The notes under the pieces: generated by a model
What the model was told of the DNA's origin: nothing
The model's database searches: none
The model's input: the letters and a program-made list of their open reading frames with translations, nothing else
Position numbers and translations under genes: made by a program
DNA from: Methylococcales bacterium
GTDB taxonomy: Bacteria > Pseudomonadota > Gammaproteobacteria > Methylococcales > UBA1147
Direction of reading: 5' to 3'
Assembly (NCBI GenBank): GCA_050740335.1
Contig: JBOICY010000318.1
Coordinates: forward strand, 4,037 to 68,036
Length of the DNA stretch: 64,000 bases
Shown: piece after piece, positions 39,558-48,812 of the stretch
Position numbering within the stretch: position 1 is the stretch's first letter
Layout of the letters: every line of letters starts with the position of its first letter

Positions 39558-41396
39558 TCATATCAACTCTTGAGATCTCAGCGAATCCGTGATTTTTCCA
39601 ATCAGGTAATTCATCGCCTTGCGTTTCAGCAATACCCGCCATCCGAATCCGATCAAAAAGCGGCGAATCGGAACCACGACCGAAGCGATCAGATTTTGCT
39701 TGCCTTCGGGATTGGACAGGTAGTTCGCATTGATCGAGTCGAAAACCGCATCCAGCCTGCGGTCGACCGCGCCGGTGATCGATGCGGGATCGAAACGATT
39801 CCGCGGCCAAGGCAGCGCCCGCTCGTCATCCCGGCTGCTTCCGTAAAGCGGGATGATCAGCAATTCGTCGCCGTTTGCGAGATTGGGGTCCTTGGAGTTC
39901 TTCAACTCGTCCGACCATTTCACGAACACCGCACCATTGCCTTTCGGAAGGGAAAAGGCTTGTCTTAGGAAATCCTGGCAGTTCTTCCGCCCCAGGAGGA
40001 AATCGTGGCAGCGATAGTCGACCGATAGAAAGCCGGAGAATCCGTCCAATGCGCCACTTGCGATCGCGGTCGCCCCGACTTTTGTGCCATCGCTTCCACC
40101 GCCCGAGGGTGTGATGGCGAAGCGGCTGTAGACGCTGTCCATTTTTGCGAGAGCCACATCCTCGGGTTTGAAGCGGGCTTGTTCCTTCCACGCGCCCAGG
40201 AGACCGAACAGCGAATTGACGATGTCGTAATTTTCGGGTCCGCGACGCTCGGTATCCGCCATGTTGGGAAATGGATCGACCAGAATGGTAGCCCGGACTG
40301 CCTTCGCCCCATCGCGAGGATTGCGCCCGAGCGGGCCTGCCAGTTCCACCCTGGCCAACTCCAGGGGTTCATTGTCCATGGTACCGCCGTCGACGCAGAC
40401 GAAATCATATTGGGCTTCCCGGAGCGTTTGTTCGCTCCAGGCGGGGAGGATAGACGCCAGCGCCGGCTCTTCCTTGCCATCCCCGGGCACCAACACTCGC
40501 CGGTAATCGTATTGAGCCCGCGGCCGGCTCAAGGCTCTCGGGGCGAGGCCTACCGGAAAAGCGGCCGATGCAACCGCCGCGAGACCCAGCGTATACCATG
40601 CGTTGTCGGCGCCATCTCTACCGGTATCCCCTTTCGGGAAGGATATCCGAAATTCGTCCGGACAGACCGCTCCGCGAGGACCCTCCCCCAGGCCGGTCAG
40701 CGCGAATCGCATCTGATCCGAATGAGCCGACATTTCATAATCGATTGCCATAGTCCCTTCGAATCGCTCCCGGTAAGGAACGCCGCGCAGGTTCGCGACC
40801 GTCAGGATCACGCGCATCGGATCAGTTACCCAGGGCCGCTCGATCTCGCGATCGAGACTGAATGCGATCGCCTTGCTGCGGATATCATCCAGACGGCTCG
40901 AATCCAGCAGCGACATGACCGCAGGCGGTGTCCCGCCGTTCCCGGCGAGGTCCCCGGTCTGTAAGAGGTAGCGGATATCGATGTCGCTGACCCAGGAATC
41001 GAACAGCGGATTGCCGGACGCGGCATCGGATGGCAAGGACTCGATCTGGCCGCGCCGGATGTGGGGAAAGGGATAACGGAGCGCCGCGGCAACGATCGCT
41101 CCGGTGATCGCGCCGGCCGATGCGCCGGTGATGACCTTGAGCTTAACCTTATGCGGCGGAACCGTCCATCTGGTGTAATCGTCACCGAATTTCGCCCGCT
41201 CCTGTTTTTGGGCCGCTGCAAAATTATCCAGCGCCTCCACCAGGAAATCGATCACCCCGGCTGTATACGCACCCGCGGAAACCGCTCCGGCGAGGACGAT
41301 TCCCAATTCGAAGGTTCCCGGGTCCGGGCTCTGGCTTAGGTCCGGACGACACTCGGCCAATTCCGCGGTTTCAGATCGCAAAGTATCCTGCGTCAT
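39558..41396 (-). CDS. Patatin-like phospholipase with atypical glycine loop and ~200-aa C-terminal extension
   Basis: 612 aa. GIVLAGAVSAGAYTAGV occupies the place of the usual GGGxRG loop. The nucleophile is ITGASAGAITG (Ser93, codon 41120-41118), and the catalytic Asp lies in VCVDGGTMDNEPL. The C-terminal ~200 aa are unassigned (..YRCHDFLLGRKNCQDFL..). Confidence 0.85.
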   Translation of the reverse strand: MTQDTLRSETAELAECRPDLSQSPDPGTFELGIVLAGAVSAGAYTAGVIDFLVEALDNFAAAQKQERAKFGDDYTRWTVPPHKVKLKVITGASAGAITGAIVAAALRYPFPHIRRGQIESLPSDAASGNPLFDSWVSDIDIRYLLQTGDLAGNGGTPPAVMSLLDSSRLDDIRSKAIAFSLDREIERPWVTDPMRVILTVANLRGVPYRERFEGTMAIDYEMSAHSDQMRFALTGLGEGPRGAVCPDEFRISFPKGDTGRDGADNAWYTLGLAAVASAAFPVGLAPRALSRPRAQYDYRRVLVPGDGKEEPALASILPAWSEQTLREAQYDFVCVDGGTMDNEPLELARVELAGPLGRNPRDGAKAVRATILVDPFPNMADTERRGPENYDIVNSLFGLLGAWKEQARFKPEDVALAKMDSVYSRFAITPSGGGSDGTKVGATAIASGALDGFSGFLSVDYRCHDFLLGRKNCQDFLRQAFSLPKGNGAVFVKWSDELKNSKDPNLANGDELLIIPLYGSSRDDERALPWPRNRFDPASITGAVDRRLDAVFDSINANYLSNPEGKQNLIASVVVPIRRFLIGFGWRVLLKRKAMNYLIGKITDSLRSQELI

Positions 41397-41439
41397 GCTG
41401 TCCCACCCCTGCCAATAGCATCCAAATTGTACTCGATCT

Positions 41440-41461
41440 CAAGCCCTGATTTCAGGGCTTG
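41440..41461. promoter_or_regulatory. Perfect 10-bp inverted repeat CAAGCCCTGA-tt-TCAGGGCTTG upstream of the patatin gene (operator candidate)
   Basis: It lies 44-65 nt upstream of the patatin ATG, in the divergent patatin/cysG intergenic region. On the minus strand it overlaps the -35/spacer region of a possible TACAAT -10 box. Confidence 0.35.
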
Positions 41462-41739
41462 ACTGTGTAATCGGCTTCTGTGAATAGTTTTCCGGTCGCG
41501 ACCTTGGCTCGAAACCCGTACAATATTCCGGGGTTGACCGGCGGATTCCAAGGCGGAGAAAACGAATCCACTTTCGGCTCCGCCAAAAGTTACTACGACT
41601 CTGACCGGTTGTCAAACGGGCAACGAATCGTCCGCTTATTGAATGGCGATGCTTGAAATCCATTTCGAGGGCCCCGGCCCTGTCTGAATGCTTTACGGAC
41701 CGAGATGATTTATCGCGCGTCCTGGTCGGAGGCCGCATC

Positions 41740-43200
41740 ATGAAAAAATATCAATCGATGAAATACTTTCCTGCTTTCCTGAACCTCGAAGGACGCCAGT
41801 GTCTGATCGTCGGCGGCGGCGACATCGCCTTGAGAAAGTTCGATTTGTTGCGAAGAACCGGAGCCAGAATTACCATCGTCGCGCCACGGCTCGCGCCCGC
41901 GCTCGAACAACACCTCGACGATGGATGCGCGCTTTACCTTAATCGGGAGTTCCGCGCCGAGGATGTTTCGGGCTCCTTCCTGGTGATCTCGGCGACCGGC
42001 GACAGTGCGATCAATGCCAGCGTCGCGGAAGCCGCGAATCGGGCCAATATCCCGGTGAACGTGGTGGATAACCCGGAACTGTGCAGCTTCATTTTTCCCG
42101 CTATCGTAGATCGTTCCCCGGTGATCGCGGCCGTTTCGACCGGAAGTGCGTCGCCGCTTCTGGCCCGGCTGCTCCGGGAACGACTGGAGGGCCTGATCCC
42201 GGCCGGATACGGAAAACTCGCGAGCCTGGCCGAACAGTTTCGCGCGCTGGTCGCGGAACGTATCCGCGATCCCGGGCAGCGGCGGCGTTTCTGGGAAAAG
42301 GTCCTGCTGGGTCCGGTCGCCGAACTGGTTTTTGCGGGGCGGGAGCGGGATGCTCGGAGTCAGTTCAGAAAAGAACTGGAATACGCCGAACGCGAGGGGG
42401 CCGGAAGCGGGATGGTTTACCTCGTCGGAGCCGGTCCCGGAGATCCGGACCTTCTGACTTTTCGCGCGATGCGGATCATGCAACTGGCGGATGTGGTCGT
42501 CTATGACCGCCTGGTTTCCCCGGAGATTCTCGATCTGATCAGACGCGACGCCGAAAAAATTTACGCGGGGAAACAACGAAACGAGCATTCCATGGCCCAG
42601 GAGGGAATCAATGCACTCCTGGCGAGACTGGCCAAACAGGGGAAGCAGGTGGTTCGGCTCAAAGGCGGAGACCCGCTGATCTTCGGCCGCGGCGGCGAAG
42701 AGATCGAAACCTTGATGGATCAGGGCATTCCGTTCCAGATCGTTCCCGGCATCACGGCGGCCTCGGGTTGCGCATCCTACGCCGGAATTCCGTTGACCCA
42801 CCGCGACTATGCCCAGTCCTGCGCTTTTGTGACCGGTCACCTGAAGGACGGCAGGATTCAACTCGACTGGGAGCGGTTGGTCGTTCCGAACCAGACCCTG
42901 GTCATTTACATGGGCCTGGTCGGCCTGCCTCAATTGTGCGCCGCATTGATCGAACACGGAGCCCCTCCCGATCTGCCCGCGGCACTCGTCGAGCGTGGGA
43001 CGACCCTCCGTCAGCGGGTCATCAGCGCCGATCTGGGCACCTTGCCCGCAAGAGTCGCCGCGGCCGATGTAAAAGCCCCGACCCTCGTGATTGTCGGAAA
43101 CGTCGTCAAACTCCACACCAAGCTGGCGTGGTTTGAAACGCAGAAAGGAATCCGTTCATCGCGGCTTCCTTCGACACGCCAAAAACTGTCGGGTGAGTAA
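41740..43200 (+). CDS. cysG: Siroheme synthase (precorrin-2 dehydrogenase/ferrochelatase + uroporphyrinogen-III C-methyltransferase)
   Basis: ORF 41653-43200. The ATG at 41740 has the SD GGAGG 7 nt upstream. ..FPAFLNLEGRQCLIVGGGDIALRK.. is the N-terminal Rossmann fold, and ..VYLVGAGPGDPDLLTFRAMRIMQLADVVVYDRLV.. marks the SUMT domain. Confidence 0.95.
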   Translation: MKKYQSMKYFPAFLNLEGRQCLIVGGGDIALRKFDLLRRTGARITIVAPRLAPALEQHLDDGCALYLNREFRAEDVSGSFLVISATGDSAINASVAEAANRANIPVNVVDNPELCSFIFPAIVDRSPVIAAVSTGSASPLLARLLRERLEGLIPAGYGKLASLAEQFRALVAERIRDPGQRRRFWEKVLLGPVAELVFAGRERDARSQFRKELEYAEREGAGSGMVYLVGAGPGDPDLLTFRAMRIMQLADVVVYDRLVSPEILDLIRRDAEKIYAGKQRNEHSMAQEGINALLARLAKQGKQVVRLKGGDPLIFGRGGEEIETLMDQGIPFQIVPGITAASGCASYAGIPLTHRDYAQSCAFVTGHLKDGRIQLDWERLVVPNQTLVIYMGLVGLPQLCAALIEHGAPPDLPAALVERGTTLRQRVISADLGTLPARVAAADVKAPTLVIVGNVVKLHTKLAWFETQKGIRSSRLPSTRQKLSGE

Positions 43201-43347
43201 GGCTGCGAATCTTCTGGCCGGAGCATTGCCGATCCAAACGCTCGTCCCCGAAGGCTCGGTCATCGCCCGAGCCAGTCATGCCAAGCCCTGGACCAACTAA
43301 GTAAAGGATAGCGAAGGTGGTTGTGTTCAACGGCCTTTCGCAGACCT

Positions 43348-44715
43348 TCACATGGCCTCGTCCTTTTTAGAATCGGTATCCGGATCCGAACTGGTCAGAA
43401 GGATGTCGTTCAAGGTTTTTATGTCGTTCTCTGACAAGCTGCTGGCGGATTCTTTCAGGGACACCCAGTTGAGGACGTAATTATTCCGGGCTTCTGACAG
43501 AAGACTCTGTGCCTGGAACAGATTGCGCTGTTCATTCACGACGTCGACCGTGGTTCGGGTACCGACCTCGAAACCGGCCTTGGTCGCTTCCAGCGCGCTC
43601 ATCGACGATTTGACGGTCGCTCGGAGCGCCTCAACCTGGCTGATGGTCGAAATCACCCCGCGGAAAGCGTCCTTGACCTGACGGGCCACCTGGCGCCGGA
43701 CTACCAGCAGGTTATCTTTCGCCGCGTTATAATTATGCAGGGCTTCGCGGGTTCTGGAATTGACTGCGCCGCCTTCATAGATCGGGAGGCTGACTTGGAC
43801 TCCGACAGAACCTAGGTCACCACGTAAACCAAAGCTAGAATTGTTATCCTGGACGTTGTAATTTCCGACCACATCGACGGTCGGAAAATGTCCGCTGCGC
43901 TGCACTTCGATATTTTTTCGTGTCAATTCGGCCTGATTCTGGGCGGCGATAATACTGAAATTTTGACTATCCGCCGAGAACGCCCATTGATTTATATCGA
44001 GCGGGTCCGGTTTCATCAACGGTATCTTGTCCGGCAACGGGACAAGCTTTCCATCGTATGCACCAATAATTTCACGCAAAGCTTCAATCGAATTATTCAG
44101 ATTGTTTTCAGAGAGAATTTCCCTTGATCGGGCACCGTCAAATCCGGCCTGGGCTTCCAGCACATCGGTAATTGCAATCAGGCCAACTTCAAATCGCTGC
44201 TGAGCTTGTTCGAGTTGACGCGCCAGAGATTCCTTTTCCGCAATCGCGAATCGGAGCGTATCCTTGGCCAACAATATGTTGAGATAGGCTTGTATCGTTC
44301 TCCTGATCAAGTCCTGCAGCGCGTTCTGATATTCGGCCTCGGCCCTGGCAATCTGATTTTCGGACTGGCTCAGTTGAATCCAATAATCCCAGTGAAAGAC
44401 CGGCTGATTCAGATTGACAGCGAAAGTGTCCTGCCAGTAACGCTGAATGCCCAAACCCTGAAAGCTACGCTTTTTGTTATTCAAATAATTCCAATTAGCG
44501 GCGCCGGTGGCCGAAAAGAATGGAAGCAATCGGGCGATCGCCTGCGGTTCGGATTCCAGCGCGGCCTGACGAAGATTAATCGCTTGCTGCAATGTCGGGT
44601 CATTTGCCAGAGCCAACTTGAATATATCAACCAAGTCGTGAACGGGGCCGTCCTGTTGTGCTTGGGCAATTGAACAAGCGAACAAACTGATGAACACAAG
44701 AAAGGTCTTTTTCAT
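43348..44715 (-). CDS. tolC: TolC-family outer-membrane channel
   Basis: 455 aa with the signal MKKTFLVFISLFACSIAQA. It has the two-repeat TolC architecture and an acidic C-terminal tail. Confidence 0.8.
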   Translation of the reverse strand: MKKTFLVFISLFACSIAQAQQDGPVHDLVDIFKLALANDPTLQQAINLRQAALESEPQAIARLLPFFSATGAANWNYLNNKKRSFQGLGIQRYWQDTFAVNLNQPVFHWDYWIQLSQSENQIARAEAEYQNALQDLIRRTIQAYLNILLAKDTLRFAIAEKESLARQLEQAQQRFEVGLIAITDVLEAQAGFDGARSREILSENNLNNSIEALREIIGAYDGKLVPLPDKIPLMKPDPLDINQWAFSADSQNFSIIAAQNQAELTRKNIEVQRSGHFPTVDVVGNYNVQDNNSSFGLRGDLGSVGVQVSLPIYEGGAVNSRTREALHNYNAAKDNLLVVRRQVARQVKDAFRGVISTISQVEALRATVKSSMSALEATKAGFEVGTRTTVDVVNEQRNLFQAQSLLSEARNNYVLNWVSLKESASSLSENDIKTLNDILLTSSDPDTDSKKDEAM

Positions 44716-45067
44716 AAAATCCTGGTGATCTTGACGGAAATTTGGCCTTGAATTTCACTCGACTAGAGCAATGGGCGGAATCATTGCATCGCTTGAAGTG
44801 CGTAGAATTCCCGCCGTGAGCGATCCCGTATTTGCATGCAAATGCTAAATTATTGCTGCAAGACGTTGAATAAGGTGTAAAATCGCGCCAATTCCATGCG
44901 ATATGCACTCTGAAGAAAAACATTGCTACCGATTCTTCGGAGAAGGCTTGAATCCCGGGAAATTATAACCGGAATCGCTCTATGAACCCGCATGAAATCA
45001 CAAAATCAAAGCGAATCCGAAGACAACGTCGAGGGGGAGGACGATCGAACCGAACCGCTTCCTTTAG

Positions 45068-45198
45068 CAACCCGATACCCGGCAAACCAACAAAGCCCAT
45101 TTCGACATGACCAAACAAGCCTTTGAAGGCGAGGCGTGAGTTACTATCGAAAATCAGACTTCGTTCATATCGATACCGGCCGGGTCAGAATCTGGTAA
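45068..45198 (+). pseudogene. YcbK/DUF882 (peptidase M15-like) gene remnant, frameshifted and internally deleted
   Basis: One frame (45127-45198) reads RRGVSYYRKSDFVHIDTGRVRIW*. This closely resembles the C-terminus of E. coli YcbK as I recall it (..GGVGYYPRSNFVHIDTGPARHW). An upstream piece in another frame (..NKAHFDMTKQAFEGEA*) weakly resembles ..KKSYHTKGQAMDF... Confidence 0.4.
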
Positions 45199-45289
45199 CG
45201 GCGCGAAAGAACTTCACCGGGCGAGAAATATTCCCCGCATTCAGGAGAATCCTGAGCCTGCCAACGGCAAATTTGCCGTCGTTTGCTCA

Positions 45290-47809
45290 TTAATGCAAAT
45301 ACTCAGATGCATAAATTTCATCCATCGGAACGGGCGGACCCGCGGCGTAACCCTGAATATAATTGACTCCGATTTGTTCCAGCTTTTGCTTGATCAAATC
45401 GGTTTCCACAAATTCCGCGATGGTTTTCTTCCCCATTAATTGGCCGATTTCGTTGATCGACCGGACCATTGCATAGTCGATCGGATCTTCCAGTATACCG
45501 GTAACAAACATTCCGTCGATTTTCAAATAGTCCACCGGCAGATTCTTCAAGTAGGCAAAGGACGATAATCCGCTGCCAAAATCATCCAGGGCAAAGCGAC
45601 ACCCCAGTTCTTTCAGTCCGACGATAAAGCGAATCGCGCGCGAGAGATTCGAAATTGCCGCCGTTTCGGTAATTTCAAAACAGATTTTTTCAGCCGGAAT
45701 ATTCAATTTAACCACCGAGTTCGATACGAAATTCTGGAATTCTCCGTCACCGAGCGAATGACCGGACAGATTGATCGAACACATGGAGAGATCCTTCAGG
45801 CATGCCGGATTGGACACCAACCAATTCAACGTGTTTTCAACGACCCAGCGATCCAGGCGCGGGGCGAGATTGAAGCGTTCCGCGGCCGGGAAAAATGCGC
45901 CCGGAAGAGTCATTTGACCATCTTCGGACACCAGGCGAATCAGGATCTCAAAGTGTTTACCCGAGCCGCTTTCCCGAGTCAAGGGAACGATCGGCTGTGC
46001 ATAAAGCACAAAACGGTTGTCCTCAAGAGCCTCATGGATCTTCGATACCCATTGCATTTCTCCCTGGCGTATAGCCAGCTCCAGATCATCCTCGCTGTAA
46101 ATGTGGATTCGGTTGCGTCCCCGGTCTTTCGCCGCATAGCAGGCCGAATCGGCCTTCACCATTAATTCCGTAATCGTCCCGGTCGATGCTTCTATCGGAA
46201 CCACTCCGATACTGGCCCCGATGTTAAAACTCCGACCTTCCCACGTGAACCGGAACTCGGCAACCGCCAGACGCAGTTTGCCGGCCACGATTTCAGCCTG
46301 TTCTATAGAACAATGTTCCATGAGCACGCCAAATTCGTCCCCCCCGAGCCGGGCTAGCGTATCCCGCTGGCGAACCTGATTCTGCAATACGGTGCCGAGT
46401 TGATTCAGCAGTTCGTCACCAGCCGGATGCCCGCAGGTATCGTTCACCACTTTGAATTGATCGAGGTCCACATAACACAAGGCATGGCAGGATCGCTCGC
46501 GCTGCGCGGTGTCCAAAACCCGCGCCAGCCTGTGTTCGAATTCACGCCGGTTTACCAACCCGGTCAGGGCATCATGACTGGCCAGGTATTCGAGTTCCTG
46601 AGACAGCAACCTGGATTCGGTGATATCTTCATAACACCCCAATATCCCGAAAATCCCGCCTTCCCCATCCAATAATGGAATCTTATTGCTCCTGAGCCAC
46701 CGGTGTCCCTCCCCATTAAGGCCAACCCGTCTTTCCTCATAATTCAATTTTGGAATACCGCTCTTCAACACACTCAAATCATCGGCACGGTAACGTTTCG
46801 CTTTACTGGCGGGAACGATTTCCGAATCATTCTTTCCGATGATATCCGAGGGCGAATCGAAACCCGCATCCTTCGCAAATTGGATGTTGCAGCCGAGAAA
46901 ATTGGATTCTTTATCCTTCCAAAAAACCCGAACCGGAATAGTATCCAATACAGTTCTGAGCATCGACTGAGACGCTTGCAATTCCCGTTCGGTCCGCTTG
47001 AGATCGCTGATGTCGAAAATCGCGCCCAACACGCCGGTTACCGTGTCACCACAAAAAACAGGACGGCTGGATATAATCGCGGACAAGGGCCGGCCGTCCT
47101 TGCGAACCATGGCATATTCGTTTGGCCCGATAAATTCTCCCTTCGATATCCGGTTGAAATTTTCCATTCCGCGTTGCCGGTCCGCGGGATCGAAATAGTC
47201 GCTGATTTTCAAACCGGCCTCGACGTCTGCCCGGGTAAACTTAAACATATCGAAGCCGGCCGGGTTGGTATATAAAACTTTTCCCTGACCCGCTACCTCG
47301 AATACGGTCTGCGGCAGCAGGTTGACCAGTTGGGTGAATCGTTCTTCGCTGCGTGCCAGCGCGTCCTGAATTGCCCGCTCGTCTTTGGCGACAGGAAGGA
47401 ACAGCGCGGAACGACCGGGAATTTTCCGGGGTTCTGTATCGGGGTTGTTTTCCGGATAGGACAGGTTAATCGATCCTTTTACAAGCAGGATCCGTATCGT
47501 ACAGACGATGCCCAGAGAGATGCAGGCGACACCCACAAGAGCTGAATACACGGCGAGATGCAAAGCCTCGGTCCAATCCGGAAACCGGGATTGCGCAATC
47601 GAGAGCGATTCCTTAGCGGCGATCGCCAGGCCAATGAAAGCGAGGAAGGCGAGGATGCCGGTCCCGGTCAAAAGGATCCCGAATCTGATTCCGAGTCCAG
47701 AATGACGAAGTTCGCGGCGGTGCCTGTAGCATTCCATGGCCGCGACCGCCGGACCGGCGATTATCAGCAATTCAAGGACAGTCATGAAGGCTATCGATTC
47801 GTAAATCAT
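45290..47809 (-). CDS. Membrane-anchored PAS-PAS-GGDEF-EAL signalling protein (c-di-GMP turnover)
   Basis: 839 aa with N-terminal TM helices and two PAS-like segments. The GGDEF domain reads ..RQRDTLARLGGDEFGVLM.. and has an RxxD I-site. The EAL domain has ..FEILIRL.., DDFGSGLSSFAYLKNLPVDYLKIDG and AEFVET. Confidence 0.9.
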   Translation of the reverse strand: MIYESIAFMTVLELLIIAGPAVAAMECYRHRRELRHSGLGIRFGILLTGTGILAFLAFIGLAIAAKESLSIAQSRFPDWTEALHLAVYSALVGVACISLGIVCTIRILLVKGSINLSYPENNPDTEPRKIPGRSALFLPVAKDERAIQDALARSEERFTQLVNLLPQTVFEVAGQGKVLYTNPAGFDMFKFTRADVEAGLKISDYFDPADRQRGMENFNRISKGEFIGPNEYAMVRKDGRPLSAIISSRPVFCGDTVTGVLGAIFDISDLKRTERELQASQSMLRTVLDTIPVRVFWKDKESNFLGCNIQFAKDAGFDSPSDIIGKNDSEIVPASKAKRYRADDLSVLKSGIPKLNYEERRVGLNGEGHRWLRSNKIPLLDGEGGIFGILGCYEDITESRLLSQELEYLASHDALTGLVNRREFEHRLARVLDTAQRERSCHALCYVDLDQFKVVNDTCGHPAGDELLNQLGTVLQNQVRQRDTLARLGGDEFGVLMEHCSIEQAEIVAGKLRLAVAEFRFTWEGRSFNIGASIGVVPIEASTGTITELMVKADSACYAAKDRGRNRIHIYSEDDLELAIRQGEMQWVSKIHEALEDNRFVLYAQPIVPLTRESGSGKHFEILIRLVSEDGQMTLPGAFFPAAERFNLAPRLDRWVVENTLNWLVSNPACLKDLSMCSINLSGHSLGDGEFQNFVSNSVVKLNIPAEKICFEITETAAISNLSRAIRFIVGLKELGCRFALDDFGSGLSSFAYLKNLPVDYLKIDGMFVTGILEDPIDYAMVRSINEIGQLMGKKTIAEFVETDLIKQKLEQIGVNYIQGYAAGPPVPMDEIYASEYLH

Positions 47810-48286
47810 ACCGTCAGTATGTCAGACGGACCGCGGCATCCGGCCGAGTCTCGCGCGGAAACCCGCAAGATGCCCCGACATTTTCGCAAACAATGCGCCT
47901 GACTATTCGACCGCCTCCCATCATGCCCCGTAGCGCCGGAAATAGGGAAGAGCCCCGGGAAACCATCAGCGTCTAAACCGTTCCGAAGCAGGATAGGGGG
48001 AGCAATCTTAACCGCTATTGTGATGCTTGGCGAATGCTTACCAAGTTGCGACCCTTATTCAAATAAAGAATAGGAGATTTAAAAAAGTTTTCATTAACGT
48101 AATAAAAAAAATCCGGTACAAGCTCGAAAGATCATTCCGTGATCATTCAAAAAATGAATTCTCGATCCAGTTGGTGGAGCCTGTCATCGCCCGGTCTTGT
48201 TTTCGGAGTCCACTGTACATCGATTGGTAGATCCGCCCGATCCGAACTACACTTGTTTACATCGTTTTCTAATCGAGGCTTTTCCC

Positions 48287-48808
48287 ATGAAGCAAGTGGT
48301 TCGGGTCGTCAAATGCGCAATAGTGGTTATTCTAGTGTGGGTTTACGGCCAGCGGTTAGCCAGTTCCGCCACTGCCACCTCCAATCTGAGCGTCACGGCC
48401 ACGGTAACAGCCAACTGCACGATAGCGACGAATACCCTGGCATTCGGCAACTATGATCCGATTGTTGCCAATGCCGCTTCCGCGCTGAATGGAACCGGGA
48501 GCGTTACCATCACCTGTACCAACGGGTCTTCAGCTACCATCACACTCGATCAGGGCGCCAACCCGGGCGGGGGTTCGACCAATGCGATTCCCTTGCGCCG
48601 GATGACCGACGGGTCGAACTTTCTTTCCTATTTCCTGTATCAGAACAGCAGTCGAACCACGGTATGGGGCAATACAGCCGGTACCGGGGTGGCCGCGACG
48701 GGCACCGGCACGGCGGCTATTCATACCGTGTACGGACAGGTTACGGCGGCGCAAAATCTCCCTGCCGGCAATTATTCCGACACCGTCGTAGCGACGGTCA
48801 CATTCTGA
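48287..48808 (+). CDS. Spore-coat-U (SCPU) domain pilin, Csu-type pilus subunit
   Basis: ATG at 48287, then a signal peptide and ..LSVTATVTANCTIATNTLAFGNYDP..GSVTITCTNG..YFLYQNS.RTTVWGN... Confidence 0.85.
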   Translation: MKQVVRVVKCAIVVILVWVYGQRLASSATATSNLSVTATVTANCTIATNTLAFGNYDPIVANAASALNGTGSVTITCTNGSSATITLDQGANPGGGSTNAIPLRRMTDGSNFLSYFLYQNSSRTTVWGNTAGTGVAATGTGTAAIHTVYGQVTAAQNLPAGNYSDTVVATVTF

Positions 48809-48812
48809 TCTC

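Noticed and set aside
41710-43116. 468-aa ORF on the minus strand, antisense to cysG
   Set aside because: It lies entirely within the well-supported siroheme synthase gene. The Arg/Gly/Asp-rich low-complexity translation has no recognisable motifs. This is a typical shadow ORF of GC-rich coding DNA.
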